Translations under genes and position numbers: made by a program | The notes under the pieces: model-generated | What the model was told of the DNA's origin: nothing | What the model saw: only the letters and a program-made list of their open reading frames with translations | Database searches by the model: none | Part shown: positions 1-9,338 of the stretch, in pieces | How the letters are laid out: each line of letters begins with the position of its first letter | Numbering within the stretch: the first letter of the stretch is position 1 | Assembly: GCA_963725095.1 (NCBI GenBank) | Contig: CAVRXJ010000017.1 | Span: 1,158-65,157, forward strand | DNA: 64,000 bases | DNA from: an uncultured Acidobacteriota bacterium | GTDB lineage: Bacteria; Acidobacteriota; Thermoanaerobaculia; UBA5066; Gp7-AA6 | Direction: 5' to 3'

Positions 1-1
1 G

Positions 2-181
2 GCTGGCCGTGGTCCTAACAACTTCGACGCGCGCCACGAGAGCGCGGACCTGACCGTGGCGTATTTTCCCGGCAAGTACGCCGGCCTGCGCGAGAAGCCC
101 TACTACGACGAGATCCTGGCGAAGCTGCTCGCCGCGAACCGCAACGCCGCGGCGGCCACGGGCGGCCCGGCCGTCAAGTGA
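2..181 (+). CDS. 3' end of an unidentified protein-coding gene truncated by the window edge
   Basis: Frame 2 is open from the window edge to TGA 179-181 with GC3-rich codons (..FDARHESADLTVAYFPGKYAGLREKPYYDEILAKLLAANRNAAAATGGPAVK*). It is absent from the ORF track because it has no start. No family recognised. Confidence 0.3.
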   Translation, partial: AGRGPNNFDARHESADLTVAYFPGKYAGLREKPYYDEILAKLLAANRNAAAATGGPAVK

Positions 182-196
182 CGGGGAGGACCTCCG

Positions 197-647
197 TCAT
201 CGCTTGAGCCGTTGCTCGAGAGCCTCGGCGCGCTTCTGCGCCTCGGCCAGCGCTTCCTCGGCCGGCGTGTGCACGCGGCGTCCGAACTCGGCATTGGCGA
301 AGTCCACCCAATCCGGCATCTCGATCCCGAACGCCTCGATGTCGGCCTCGTTCAGCAACTCGATGGAAAACACGTGGCCGTCCCAATGGAGGTTGCGCGC
401 GCGAACGCCTTGCGTGCCGAACGGGGCCTGCCGCAGAGCTCGATCCAGTGCGCCGGCGGCGTCGGCGACGGCTGCCACGCCACGAGGAAGCTGGTCACGA
501 AGTCGTGCTTCGTGAGCTCCCCCGGTCTTTCCGCTGGCGGGAACGACGTGGGGCCGCACCGCGGGTGCCCATGCGGATGTGGATCTCCGCCGGCTCGGCG
601 CCGGACTCCTTCTCCGAGCGAAACGGCTTTTCATCGAGGGGCGGCAT
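197..647 (-). CDS. hypothetical protein, reading frame interrupted (two apparent indels)
   Basis: ATG 647 is preceded by GGAGAAAG. N-term MPPLDEKPFRSEKESGAEPAEIHIRMG, a middle part (..ELTKHDFVTSFLVAWQ..) and C-term NLHWDGHVFSIELLNEADIEAFGIEMPDWVDFANAEFGRRVHTPAEEALAEAQKRAEALEQRLKR* lie in three frames, with switches near 550 and 420. No family recognised. Confidence 0.4.
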
Positions 648-668
648 GGCTTTCTCCTGGCGGCGGCG

Positions 669-1357
669 CTACGCCCGCGGAAAGATGGCGATCCAGTACA
701 GCGCGAAGACGAGCATCACGCAGGCGACGCACAGGATGCCGACGCGCGGTCCGCGGACCTTGAACCGCTGGCTCAGAGCCGTCAGCAGCAGGACCGTGGC
801 GAGCACGACGGTGATCCGGATGTACTTGTCGCCGGTTTCGCGCGTTTCGACGCCGGCGCGAAAGAAGCCTGCCGCCTGTTTCGAGAGCTCCCGCGACCGT
901 TCGAGGCGGGCGCTTTTGTACTCGGGCATGTAGCCCGGGCCCGGGGGAGCCTTCAGGTTGTTGAGCGGGTCCGTCTTCATCCAGGCGGCAAACGCCACCG
1001 CGTATTCGGGTCGGAACCGCCGCTCGAACAGCTCGGCGAGCCAGTGCTCGCCGCGCAGCTTGGCCTCGATCCACGAGTCGAAGGTCGTGATGTCGTACTG
1101 GTGCTCTTGTCCGGCCAGCGTCTGCTGCTCCTGGGCGAGCGTGTTCGTCGTGGCGGCCTGCGCGTAGCCGGCGGCACTCTTGGCGTCCCACCGCGCCGCC
1201 TGGTAGCCGCTCCACGCAGTCAGGACGGCCACGGCCGCCAAAACCACAGCTTCGAGGATCTCGAGCCACTCGCCTTTGTGCGAATCGGGCCGACCCCCGA
1301 GTGCCCCTGCTCGTGGATCCGGTGCGCGAACTCGATGTTCGACGTGGTTTCAGGCAT
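669..1357 (-). CDS. DUF4337-like small membrane protein (one apparent frameshift near 1293)
   Basis: ATG 1357 follows GGAGAA. His-rich N-term MPETTSNIEFAHRIHEQGHSG, then in another frame DSHKGEWLEILEAVVLAAVAVLTAWSGYQAARWDAKSA... A C-terminal TM segment is ILCVACVMLVFALYWIAIF. The architecture resembles DUF4337. Confidence 0.55.
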
Positions 1358-1421
1358 CGCATTCTCCGCTCAAAGTCGGGACGGCGTGAGGATACACGGC
1401 CCCGCAAGTTCGGCCGCCCCT

Positions 1422-2321
1422 TCAGGTATCGAACGAAGCGTGCTGCAACGTCCGGCGCTCGCGGAAGAACCCAACGGCATTGGCGAGCTGAGAGAGCCCC
1501 ATCAGGCCCGCGAGGGCGAAGGCTTCGAGGCCGGCGTGCTGATCGAAAGGCGTCTGCAGGAGATCCCGATAGAAGCCGAGCGGCTCGATTTCGACCGGCT
1601 CCTGCTGGCGCGCGGCGCGGGCCCGACGGAAACGGTAGGCTCCCCGTCCGTACCAGTCGTGCTGCTTCCAGAACCCCGTCAGGGAGAGCGCGTGCGCGTG
1701 CGACACGACGGCGTCTCGGCAATACACCAGCCGTGAGCCGGCGTGGAGAAGACGGTCACACAGATCGCGGTCTTCGCCGCCGGCGAGGCCATACGACGGG
1801 TCGAAGCCGCCGATGCTCCGAAAGGCGTCGGCCCGGACCGCCAGATTGTTCGTGGCGAAAAAGGTGGCGGCGAAAGGATCCGGGTTGTAGTAGCGGTAGA
1901 CGTAGAGGAGCAGGAGCTGACTGGCCTCGGAGCACAGATTGCGGGGAAGCGCGTTGACGGTCCGTCCACCCACGCCTTCGGCCTGGGTCTCCCCGAAGGC
2001 GGCCTCGAGTTTCGCCAGCCAGTCCGGCGCGGGCGCGCAATCGTCGTCGGTGAACGCGAGGAAACGGCCGCGCGCCTGCGCCGCGCCGGTGTTGCGGGCC
2101 ACCGAGGGACCCGCGTGGGGCTGGCGCAGGAAGCGCACGGGAAAGGAACGTGAGACCGGCGTCGGCCCGGGCAGCGACCTCTCGCCCTCTTCGTCGGAGA
2201 CGACGATCGCCTCGAAGCGCCCTTCGGGGTACTCGAGGCGCGCGAGGGCTTCGAGGCACTCGGCGACCTGACGCGGACGCCGGTAGGTGGGAACCACGAC
2301 CGAAAAGACGGGGTCAGGCAT
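1422..2321 (-). CDS. glycosyltransferase family 2
   Basis: Intact 299-aa ORF. GT-A motifs are FSVVVPTYRRP, FTDDDCAP and GGEDRDLCDRL. Its start overlaps the upstream gene's stop by 8 nt. Confidence 0.85.
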   Translation of the reverse strand: MPDPVFSVVVPTYRRPRQVAECLEALARLEYPEGRFEAIVVSDEEGERSLPGPTPVSRSFPVRFLRQPHAGPSVARNTGAAQARGRFLAFTDDDCAPAPDWLAKLEAAFGETQAEGVGGRTVNALPRNLCSEASQLLLLYVYRYYNPDPFAATFFATNNLAVRADAFRSIGGFDPSYGLAGGEDRDLCDRLLHAGSRLVYCRDAVVSHAHALSLTGFWKQHDWYGRGAYRFRRARAARQQEPVEIEPLGFYRDLLQTPFDQHAGLEAFALAGLMGLSQLANAVGFFRERRTLQHASFDT

Positions 2322-3294
2322 CGGCGGGTGGCTTCGGCCGGCGCGAGAGGTGACGGTGTCTCTCGAGCTCGAAGCTGCAGCGGCGAAACGGCGCGTCGCC
2401 TTCCCCGGCGAGATACCCGATCGCCTCGCCGACCGCCTCGACCGCTCCGAGCGTGACCAGGATCGGCAGCAGCTTCGGAATCATGCGGCCTCGCCCGTTT
2501 CGGGCGATGATCGCGAGGCGACGGCGCAGCACGAGGAAAGGGACGAGCGGCGCCCCGGCCGCGTAGGCGAGGCGCCTCGCCGCGGACCAGCCGGAGTGGC
2601 GCGCCCTGGCGGCGCCGTACAGCCGTGCGCCATGGTACGCGGCGGCGAGGTTCGACGGCAGGCGTGAGATGTTCTGGTGGCTCGATCGCGCGACTTCCGA
2701 AAGGCGCAGGAGGACGCCACGCCGGTTCAGGTCGGCGTGCAGGATCCCCTCGCACTCGAGCATGGCGGCGAGGCCGTCGCCGTACTCCATCAGGAGCGCC
2801 GTCTTGTAGCTCGTGTGGTGCGAGGCCAGCTTGGGAACCTCGCCTCCGGCGGCCGGAGCGACCCAGGGCCCGAAGTCCACGTAGATGTGGGCCCAGCTCA
2901 ACAGGCTCTCCGGGTTGTCGTTCTCGATGAGCCCGCCCGCGGCTCCACAGGGCCGCGCGTGTTCCTCGAGGAGCGCCTCGGCCCATCCGGAGCCGGGATA
3001 CGAGTGCTCCTCGGCGTAGGCCACCACCGGCGCGGTGGCGCGGCGGACGCCCGCCGCGACGGCCCCCCCCGTCGAGCGGATGGGTCCAAACTCGACGATC
3101 TCGTGCCGGAGGAACGCGTCGAAGTCCCGTTCGCATCCGGCCAGGCGCGCGCGCGACGGCGCCACGACGATGAGCTCGAGCCGGTCCCGGATCGTTTGAG
3201 CCTTCAGGTGCGCGATCGTTTTTTGGATGCGGTCGTAGCCGTCCGGAGTGACCGTCACCACCGTCATCGAGGGGAGGGCACGGGAGGCGCTCAT
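2314..3294 (-). CDS. GT-A-fold glycosyltransferase-like protein
   Basis: ATG 3294 (MSASRALPSMTVVTVTPDGYDRIQKTIAHLKAQTIRDRLELIVVAP...) lies within the artefactual 1936-aa ORF. GAGAGGGAAG lies upstream of the ATG. The 326-aa frame is intact to the stop at 2314. Confidence 0.6.
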   Translation of the reverse strand: MSASRALPSMTVVTVTPDGYDRIQKTIAHLKAQTIRDRLELIVVAPSRARLAGCERDFDAFLRHEIVEFGPIRSTGGAVAAGVRRATAPVVAYAEEHSYPGSGWAEALLEEHARPCGAAGGLIENDNPESLLSWAHIYVDFGPWVAPAAGGEVPKLASHHTSYKTALLMEYGDGLAAMLECEGILHADLNRRGVLLRLSEVARSSHQNISRLPSNLAAAYHGARLYGAARARHSGWSAARRLAYAAGAPLVPFLVLRRRLAIIARNGRGRMIPKLLPILVTLGAVEAVGEAIGYLAGEGDAPFRRCSFELERHRHLSRRPKPPADA

Positions 3295-4338
3295 CGGGCT
3301 TCCCTCTCGCGCCGCCCCGGAGGACCGAGAACCGAGCGAGACGGGCGTCCCCGCCCGGGCGGAATCGGCGGCCGCGAGCGCCGCGGCGAGGGCCGCCCGG
3401 CCATCCTCGAGGGTGGCACTGCCGCGCGCGCCGGTCGCGGTGGCCTTTGCAAATTCACGCCACTGGCGCCGGTAGGACGAGGGATACGCTCCGCCGTTCC
3501 ATCGGTCGGAAACCAGACCCGCCATCAGAGCCGCGCCGCTCCAGAATCCGAGCGTCCCGCCCCGCAGGCCAAACGAATCGTAGAAGGAGATCGCCAGACG
3601 CCCGTTCTCCCCGTCGAGCTCGAGCCGGTTTCGGCCAATGCCGTCTTCGGCCGCGCCGATGCGGAGGTCGGCGTGCGCGCCGTTCGACATCGACGCGGTC
3701 ACGTTCGCTCGCGAGCCGTCCGGGGCGACGTCGGCCTCGATCTCGACGATTTCGGCCTGCAGGAGGAATCGGAGCAGATCGAAATGATGGACGCCGAGGT
3801 CGAGGAGCGGGTCGCCGCCCCAGTCCGGCTGGCTGCGCCAGTGATCGTCGGGGGAAGGGAACGCCTGGGTGAAGACGGTGCGGACCCGCCGGACGCGGCC
3901 CAGACGCCCGGATGTCACCATCCGGCGGGCCTCCCGCGCCAGCCGGTGGGCGCGCAGATTGAAGCCGATCGTCGCGACGGCTTGCCGGCGGGCGCCCTCC
4001 TCCACGAGGGCGTCGGCCTCGCTCATCGAGAGCGCGATCGGCTTTTCCAGGAACAGGTGCTTTCCCGCCCGCAGAACCTCGAGCCCGATCCGCGCGTGGT
4101 CCCGAGGGGGCACGCACACGGCGACGGCTTCGACGTCGGACCCGATCAGCGAAGAGGCGTCGGCGTAGAAGGTCGGGATCCGAGGCCCGTCGGCGAGCGC
4201 GCGGCACCGCGCCGGGTCGAGGTCCGTCAGGGCGACGACCGCGATCTCCGGGACCCGCCGCAGGGCGGGCATGTGAAACCGCTCCACGACCGATCCGCAG
4301 CCGACGAATCCGAGACGGAGGGGTCCTGCCGGCGTCAC
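3295..4338 (-). CDS. Gfo/Idh/MocA family NAD(P)-dependent oxidoreductase (no in-frame stop before the next gene)
   Basis: GTG 4338 overlaps the upstream stop (GTGA). Rossmann N-term LRLGFVGCGSVVERFHMPAL, then EKPIALS and a typical C-terminal domain ending ..DSARAGTPVSL. The frame runs straight into ATG 3294. A TGA overlapping that ATG (3291-3293) exists only in another frame. Confidence 0.8.
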
Positions 4339-5358
4339 GAGTCGAGCGGGCGCACGGGGCGCAGCCGCCGGGCTGCCGGGCGCAGCGCCATGGCGGCGGC
4401 GGTCGCGAGAAAGGCCGTCCCGCTGTAGGCGTAATAGAGCAGCTGCATCACGAACGCCCGCAGCGCAAACACCGCTCCGCGCCGGTCGAGGAAGAACCGG
4501 TAGAGGGGGCGGTTGATCCAGGCGATCGCGGCGAGCAGCGCGGGCGCCAGGACGAGGAACCGGGGATCGGCGAGGCCGAGGAGGCACGCCAGCAGCGCGG
4601 CGGCGAGCAGCGTCGCGCTCGCGCGCTCGGACTTCTTCAGGTTGAGCTCGTTGGTGAGCGTGCGCCTCTGCGAGCGCGAGCCTGGTCCAGGGGACCGCGC
4701 GGCAGAAGATATCGGCGCGCACGAGCGAACCGAGGGTCCAGCGCTTCAGGTGTGTGCCCTGAATCGCCGGGTCGAGCCGGATGGCGCACCCGGCGTCGGT
4801 CAGGCGGTAGCCGAGCTCGATGTCGTGCATGCAACGCAGATCCTCGTCGAACCCGCCGACCGAGGCGAGGGCGCTCGCCCGCACGGCGCCCAGACCCGTC
4901 CAAAACGTCGAGACGCGGCCGGCCCCGGCCGTGTGCACGTGGTGGTGGAGGAGGTTCTTGTACTGCGAGCAGAAGTTGCCCTCGGCGGGCGAGTCGTCGT
5001 ACGCACCGAAAACCGCCGCGACCGCGGGCTCCTGGTCGAAGAGCCGGAGGACTCTGGCCGGCGCGTCGGCGTGGATCTCCACGTCGGCGTCCACGAAGAG
5101 CAGGATGTCGGCCGTGGTCTCCCGTGCGCCGGCGTTGCGCGCGGCCGACGGGCCGCGGTTGTCCGGGAGACGCACGACGCGCGCCCCTCGCGCCGTGGCG
5201 ATCGCGGCGCTCTCATCGGTCGAGCCGTCGTCGCACACGACGACCTCGAGGGCCGGCTCCCGGACGTCGGCCAGAGCGGCGAGGCAACGGTCCAGGTGTG
5301 CGGCCCCGTTGTGGACCGGAACGATGGCCGCGATCCGCACCGGCCGGCCCGGGTTCAC
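4335..5358 (-). CDS. glycosyltransferase family 2 with C-terminal membrane segment (one apparent frameshift near 4675)
   Basis: GTG 5358 overlaps the upstream stop (GTGA). Motifs: IAAIVPVHNGAAHLDRCL, VCDDGSTDES, FVDADV. After ..ADIFCRAVPWTR the frame must shift to read TLTNELNLKKSERASATLLAAALLACLLGL...YYAYSGTAFLATAAAMAL..* ending at TGA 4335. Confidence 0.8.
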
Positions 5359-6887
5359 GCGCGCACGCGGCGCGGGACGCGCGGCTGCGTCTCCTCGAGG
5401 CGTTCGAGCTCCGCCCGCAGGCTCTCGGTTCCGTCCGTCTCCTCGTGGTAGCTGTCGTCGGTATTGACCTGCCAGAGGTCGTGGCGGGCGCCGAGGATGT
5501 TCTCGACGGCCAGCATCGCCGACAGCATGGAGTGGTCCTGGTTGTTGTACCGGTGCGTCCCGTTGCGGCCCACCAGATGCAGGTTCTCGAGCCGGTCGGT
5601 GAAAGCGCGCACCGCCTGGAGCGACTCGCGGTGCGTGGCGTCGTAGACGGGATAGGCCTTGGGCATGCGCACCACGACACCGTCCTCGACTTCCTCCCGG
5701 CGCACGAGGTTCAGGCGCACGAGCTCCTCGGTGGCGAGCGCGATGAGCGCGGGGTCGTCCAGGCGCCACAGGTCGTCGTTCTCGAAACAGAAGTACTCGA
5801 GCCCGAGGCAGGTCTTGCGCGCGTCCGGGACCATTTCCGGGCTCCAGTTCTTGAAGTTCTGGATGCGCCCGAGCCGGACGGAGGGGTCGTGGATGTAGAG
5901 CCAGTTGTCGGGGAAGAGCTCGGGGCGGTCGATGATCAGGGCCACGGTCAGGAAGTCGCGGTGCCGCAGCCGCGCGGCGGCCTGGCGGATCGCCGCGGGG
6001 GCCGGCGGGTCGAGCATTTCGACGAGCTCCCGAACCGGAACGGTGCTCACGAAGTGCGAGCCCTCGATCCGCTGGACGCTCCCCCCGGTCCGGGCCACGA
6101 CGGCGTCGACCCGGTTTCCCTGCCAGTGGATCTTCTCGGTGACGGCGCCGCGGCGGATGTCGGCGCCCCGGCCGGCCGCGAGCTCGGCCGTCTTTTCCCA
6201 CATCATCCCGGGCCCGCGCCGCGGGTAGTCGAACTCGTCGACGAGCGTGCGGATCGCCCCCTGGCCGTTGGACCGTGTCGGGCCGCCGAGCGTCGCGCGC
6301 AGCGCGGTCCAGAACGACAGCCCCTGGATGCGCTGCGCCGCCCAGTCGGCGGAGATCTCGCTGCAGGGAATTCCCCAGACTTTTTCCGTGTAGGTGCGGA
6401 AGAAGAGCCTGTAGAGGCGCCGGCCGAAGCGGTTGCAGACCCACTGCTCGAAGGTCTTCTCCTCGGGGAGCGGCGAAATGCGGGCCCGGATGTAGCTCGC
6501 GAGAATCAGCAGGGAGTTGATCGGCCCCAGTCCCCTGAGGGTCGCCCACGGCCGCAGTGGATACGGGAAGAAGGTTCCGTCGTAGTAGATCCGGGACAGG
6601 CGCTTGCGGCGCGGGAAGTCGGAGGGCGGGAGGATCTCGCGCCAGAGGTCTTCGACGGGGCGCGACTTCGTGAAGAACCGGTGGCCGCCGATGTCGAAGC
6701 GGTAGCCCTTGTACTCCACGGTGCGTGCGAGACCGCCGACGACCGCATCCTTTTCGAGCACGATGGACGCGATGCCGCGCCCTCCGAGCGTGTAGGCCGC
6801 CGTCAGTCCCGCCGGTCCGCCTCCGAGGATGACCACGGGGCCGATCGGCGTCGGGGATGGCCGGCCGGGAGCGGGGTTCGCGTTCAT
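5355..6887 (-). CDS. NAD(P)/FAD-dependent oxidoreductase (amine-oxidase / UDP-galactopyranose-mutase-like fold)
   Basis: ATG 6887 (MNANPAPG..). Dinucleotide-binding VVILGGGPAGLTAAY...LEKDAVVGGLART...FDIGGHRFF. The 510-aa frame is intact. Confidence 0.85.
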   Translation of the reverse strand: MNANPAPGRPSPTPIGPVVILGGGPAGLTAAYTLGGRGIASIVLEKDAVVGGLARTVEYKGYRFDIGGHRFFTKSRPVEDLWREILPPSDFPRRKRLSRIYYDGTFFPYPLRPWATLRGLGPINSLLILASYIRARISPLPEEKTFEQWVCNRFGRRLYRLFFRTYTEKVWGIPCSEISADWAAQRIQGLSFWTALRATLGGPTRSNGQGAIRTLVDEFDYPRRGPGMMWEKTAELAAGRGADIRRGAVTEKIHWQGNRVDAVVARTGGSVQRIEGSHFVSTVPVRELVEMLDPPAPAAIRQAAARLRHRDFLTVALIIDRPELFPDNWLYIHDPSVRLGRIQNFKNWSPEMVPDARKTCLGLEYFCFENDDLWRLDDPALIALATEELVRLNLVRREEVEDGVVVRMPKAYPVYDATHRESLQAVRAFTDRLENLHLVGRNGTHRYNNQDHSMLSAMLAVENILGARHDLWQVNTDDSYHEETDGTESLRAELERLEETQPRVPRRVRA

Positions 6888-8777
6888 GGGTTCTTGACTG
6901 ACGGGCGGCGGCGATGATACCGGAGCGCGGAATCCGTCTCCCGCGAGCGCAAAGAGCCGCATGCCCGGAGGCGAAGCCAGGGGGCGGAAGAGGGTCTGAA
7001 ATTCTGCGCCGACCGGCAGCGTGACGGGCTGACTTCCCGGGCAGGTGAGCAGGTGCGTGGCCCCCATGCCCCGGAGCGTCGCGTGCAGGCGCCGCGCGTC
7101 CGGGAGGGAATCGAGCACGAGCGCGTAGCGCTCCTGCCCGAAGTAGTCGCCGAGGAAGCGCCCCTCTGCAAAGTAGCCGGCGTTGGCGCAGAAGAGTCCG
7201 TAGAGCGTGTAGCGATCTGCAAGAGTCCGATTGAGCCCCGCGATCGCCGGGTATGCCGGCACGTACTTCGCCAGGTAGCGATCCCTTTCGTTCGTGGTCA
7301 TGGGCAGCCAGCCCCGGTGCCGCAGCGTCTGGCCGGCCCACGCGAGTCCCGGCAGCAGAAACACGAGTGCAACCCCAGCGCTCAGGAGCAGGGCCTGTTT
7401 CGGCGCCGTGACGGGGCGCCATCGCCGGAGGGCCCGATCGAGCACGACCGTCGAGGCAAGCAACCCCGCCGGGAAAATCGGGAAGAGGTATCGCCGGTCG
7501 GGGCCGAGCAGATACCAGAGGAGCCCATAGGCGAACGTCAGGGCGGCGAGCGGCCGGAGGCGCGGGTCCGCAAACGCCGCGAGGAGAAACGGGGCGAGCA
7601 GCAGGAGCGTCGGGGAGAAAACCGTGCCGCGGGAGAAGCCCGCATCCGGCGTGACGAGCTTCCAGGGGATTCTCGCGATCCTCCCGGGTTGAGCCACGAG
7701 GCGAGCCACCCGCGACTGAACCTGCGCCATTTCCGCCGGTGGAGGGCCTTCTCGGGAGGCGAGCGGATCGATCCCCTGGCTCCAGGCGGTCGCTCCGAAG
7801 AGGCGCGAGAAGTACGGAAACACCGGATTGCCGGTCCACGCGAGGATCCGCGCGTAGAAGGGCGCCAGGACGAGCAGCGCGGCCACGGCCACCCGCAGGG
7901 CGCGGCGCAGTCGGCCCGTGCCGGGGACCGCCGAGCAGCGCCGCCGCGGGCAGGGCGGCGACGAAGAAGAGGCCCAGGTACTTCGTGCTGGCCGCGAAGC
8001 CCGCAAACGCGCCGGCTGCCGTCAGCCACCGGACGTCGCCGTCGTCGCGCCAGGCGAGCCACGCGAAGATCGAGAAACCGGCAAAGAGCGCGGTGCCCGT
8101 GTCGACGTAGGCCCCGGCGCTCACGCCGAGAACGAGGGGACTCCCGAGCCAGGCCGCGGCGGCCCAGAGACCGGCGCGCGGAAACCCCAGGCGGCGGCCG
8201 GCGGCCAGGAGCCCCGCCGCGATCAGGGCGAGGCCGGCGAAATGGGTCAGTTGCGCCGCGACGCCGTCGGAGAGCGAGAGGCTCGCCGCGAACAGCAGTT
8301 CGTAGAGCTGGGGAAAGACCGGGAACCGCAGGTCCGGGAGAAACGAGATCGTGTGGTTCTGCGAGAAAGCCTTCGCGACCGGCAGGTGGTAGAGCGTGGC
8401 GTCGAAGGAGGTGGGCGGGTAGAGGGCGAGGGCGAGCGTGGCAAGGAGGGTCCCACCGAGGAGGAGGGCGCCGGCTCTGCTCGAAGCGCTCGAGGAGGAG
8501 GCGGTATGGGCCGGACGCGCTTCCGAACGGAGCGTGCGCGGCCGCGGGAGCCGTGACCAGCGGCGAGGATCGCGCCGGGTAGAGCCAGCCCACGAGCCCG
8601 AGCAGGTTGAGCAGGCTCGCGAGGACGCCCGTGCCGAGCGCGCAGGCGAAGGCGGTCTGCTCGAGCCCGTCGCGAAAGGGGAGACGATCGGGTGAGAATT
8701 CGCCCGTAGGCAAAGATCGCCAGGACGAAGACGGCGAACTCAGCGCCGTGGCGGAGGACGTAAAGCGCGGTCAGCAT
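6884..8777 (-). CDS. GT39/ArnT-like (GT-C) polytopic membrane glycosyltransferase, interrupted by 3-4 apparent frameshifts; N-terminus uncertain
   Basis: Hydrophobic PMT_2-like segments sit in different frames: ..ALLLGGTLLATLALALYPPTSFDATLYHLPVAKAF..FPQLYELLF..SAGAYVDTGTALFAGFSIFAWLAW..STKYLGLFFVAAL (to ~7915), then ..VAALLVLAPFYARILAWTGNPVFPYF...LLLLAPFLLAAF.. plus a soluble C-terminal domain. The 8520-8777 part (MLTALYVLRHGAEFAVFVLAIFAYG / EFSPDRLPFRDGLEQTAFACALGTGVLASLLNLLGLVGWLY) may be a separate small membrane ORF. The only stop near the 3' end (TGA 6884-6886, overlapping ATG 6887) is in another frame. Confidence 0.6.
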
Positions 8778-8931
8778 CCGGCCGGCGCATTCTCACATGC
8801 ACGGCCGATCGGTCGGACGGACTTGCCGCCGCAACCCCTCATTCGCCCGGTCAGATGACGGGGCTGCCGAATCCTCCGAACCATCTCGGCCCGCCCGGGC
8901 GGGCCCGACGGTCAGGATGCTGTGTGTGAAA

Positions 8932-9174
8932 CTAGGCTTCGGCTCGACGCAAACGGGGCTTGCGCTGCGGGGTCCAGTGCTCGCAGACCTGCTGCTTTTC
9001 GCGGCCGTCGCAGCGGGCGCAGTGGAGGACGTTGTCCGCAAACGCGCGCCAACCGTGGACGAGGATGCGTGTCGCTGCGTCCTCCATGTCGTAGCCGCGG
9101 ACCAGGAGGCTCTTCTCGCAGTGAGCGCATTCCATCAGGAACGGGCGTTTTCCTTTTGCGTGAGCGTGTGTCAT
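8932..9174 (-). CDS. small Cys-rich (zinc-ribbon-like) protein of unknown function
   Basis: ATG 9174 is preceded by GGAGG..GGGAG. The 80-aa product is MTHAHAKGKRPFLMECAHCEKSLLVRGYDMEDAATRILVHGWRAFADNVLHCARCDGREKQQVCEHWTPQRKPRLRRAEA, with two CxxC pairs. Confidence 0.5.
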   Translation of the reverse strand: MTHAHAKGKRPFLMECAHCEKSLLVRGYDMEDAATRILVHGWRAFADNVLHCARCDGREKQQVCEHWTPQRKPRLRRAEA

Positions 9175-9338
9175 GTGGCTCCCGAGCATCACCTCCACCC
9201 CCAATCCTAGGAGGAGCCTATCAGGCGACAATGGCACCGCGGTGGTGCGCCGGGAGGCACCCTCCTGCGGGCCGGGCGCGCGGAGTCGGGTCCCGGGCGC
9301 AGGTCTCTGGTCTGTAAGGACTTGAACGGGGCCCGTTC

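Noticed and set aside
2314-8124. 1936-aa ORF on the minus strand, which would be a giant multidomain protein
   Set aside because: It is an artefact of stop-codon scarcity in GC-rich DNA plus indels. Recognisable homology covers five or six separate genes with their own starts (3294, 4338, 5358, 6887) and overlap-type junctions, and long stretches of the ORF are Arg/Pro/Ala-rich out-of-frame translation.
8888-8905. Perfect 18-bp palindrome GGCCCGCCCGGGCGGGCC considered as an operator or terminator
   Set aside because: It is a single occurrence with no U-tract on either strand, and such GC palindromes are expected by chance in this composition. It is noted only as a possible weak terminator for the Zn-ribbon gene.
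9231-9249. TGGCAC-N5-TGGTGC resembling a sigma-54 -24/-12 promoter; an NtrC-family activator is encoded at 48096
   Set aside because: The -12 element does not match TTGC at the correct spacing. It lies on the plus strand, where no downstream plus-strand gene exists for more than 13 kb.
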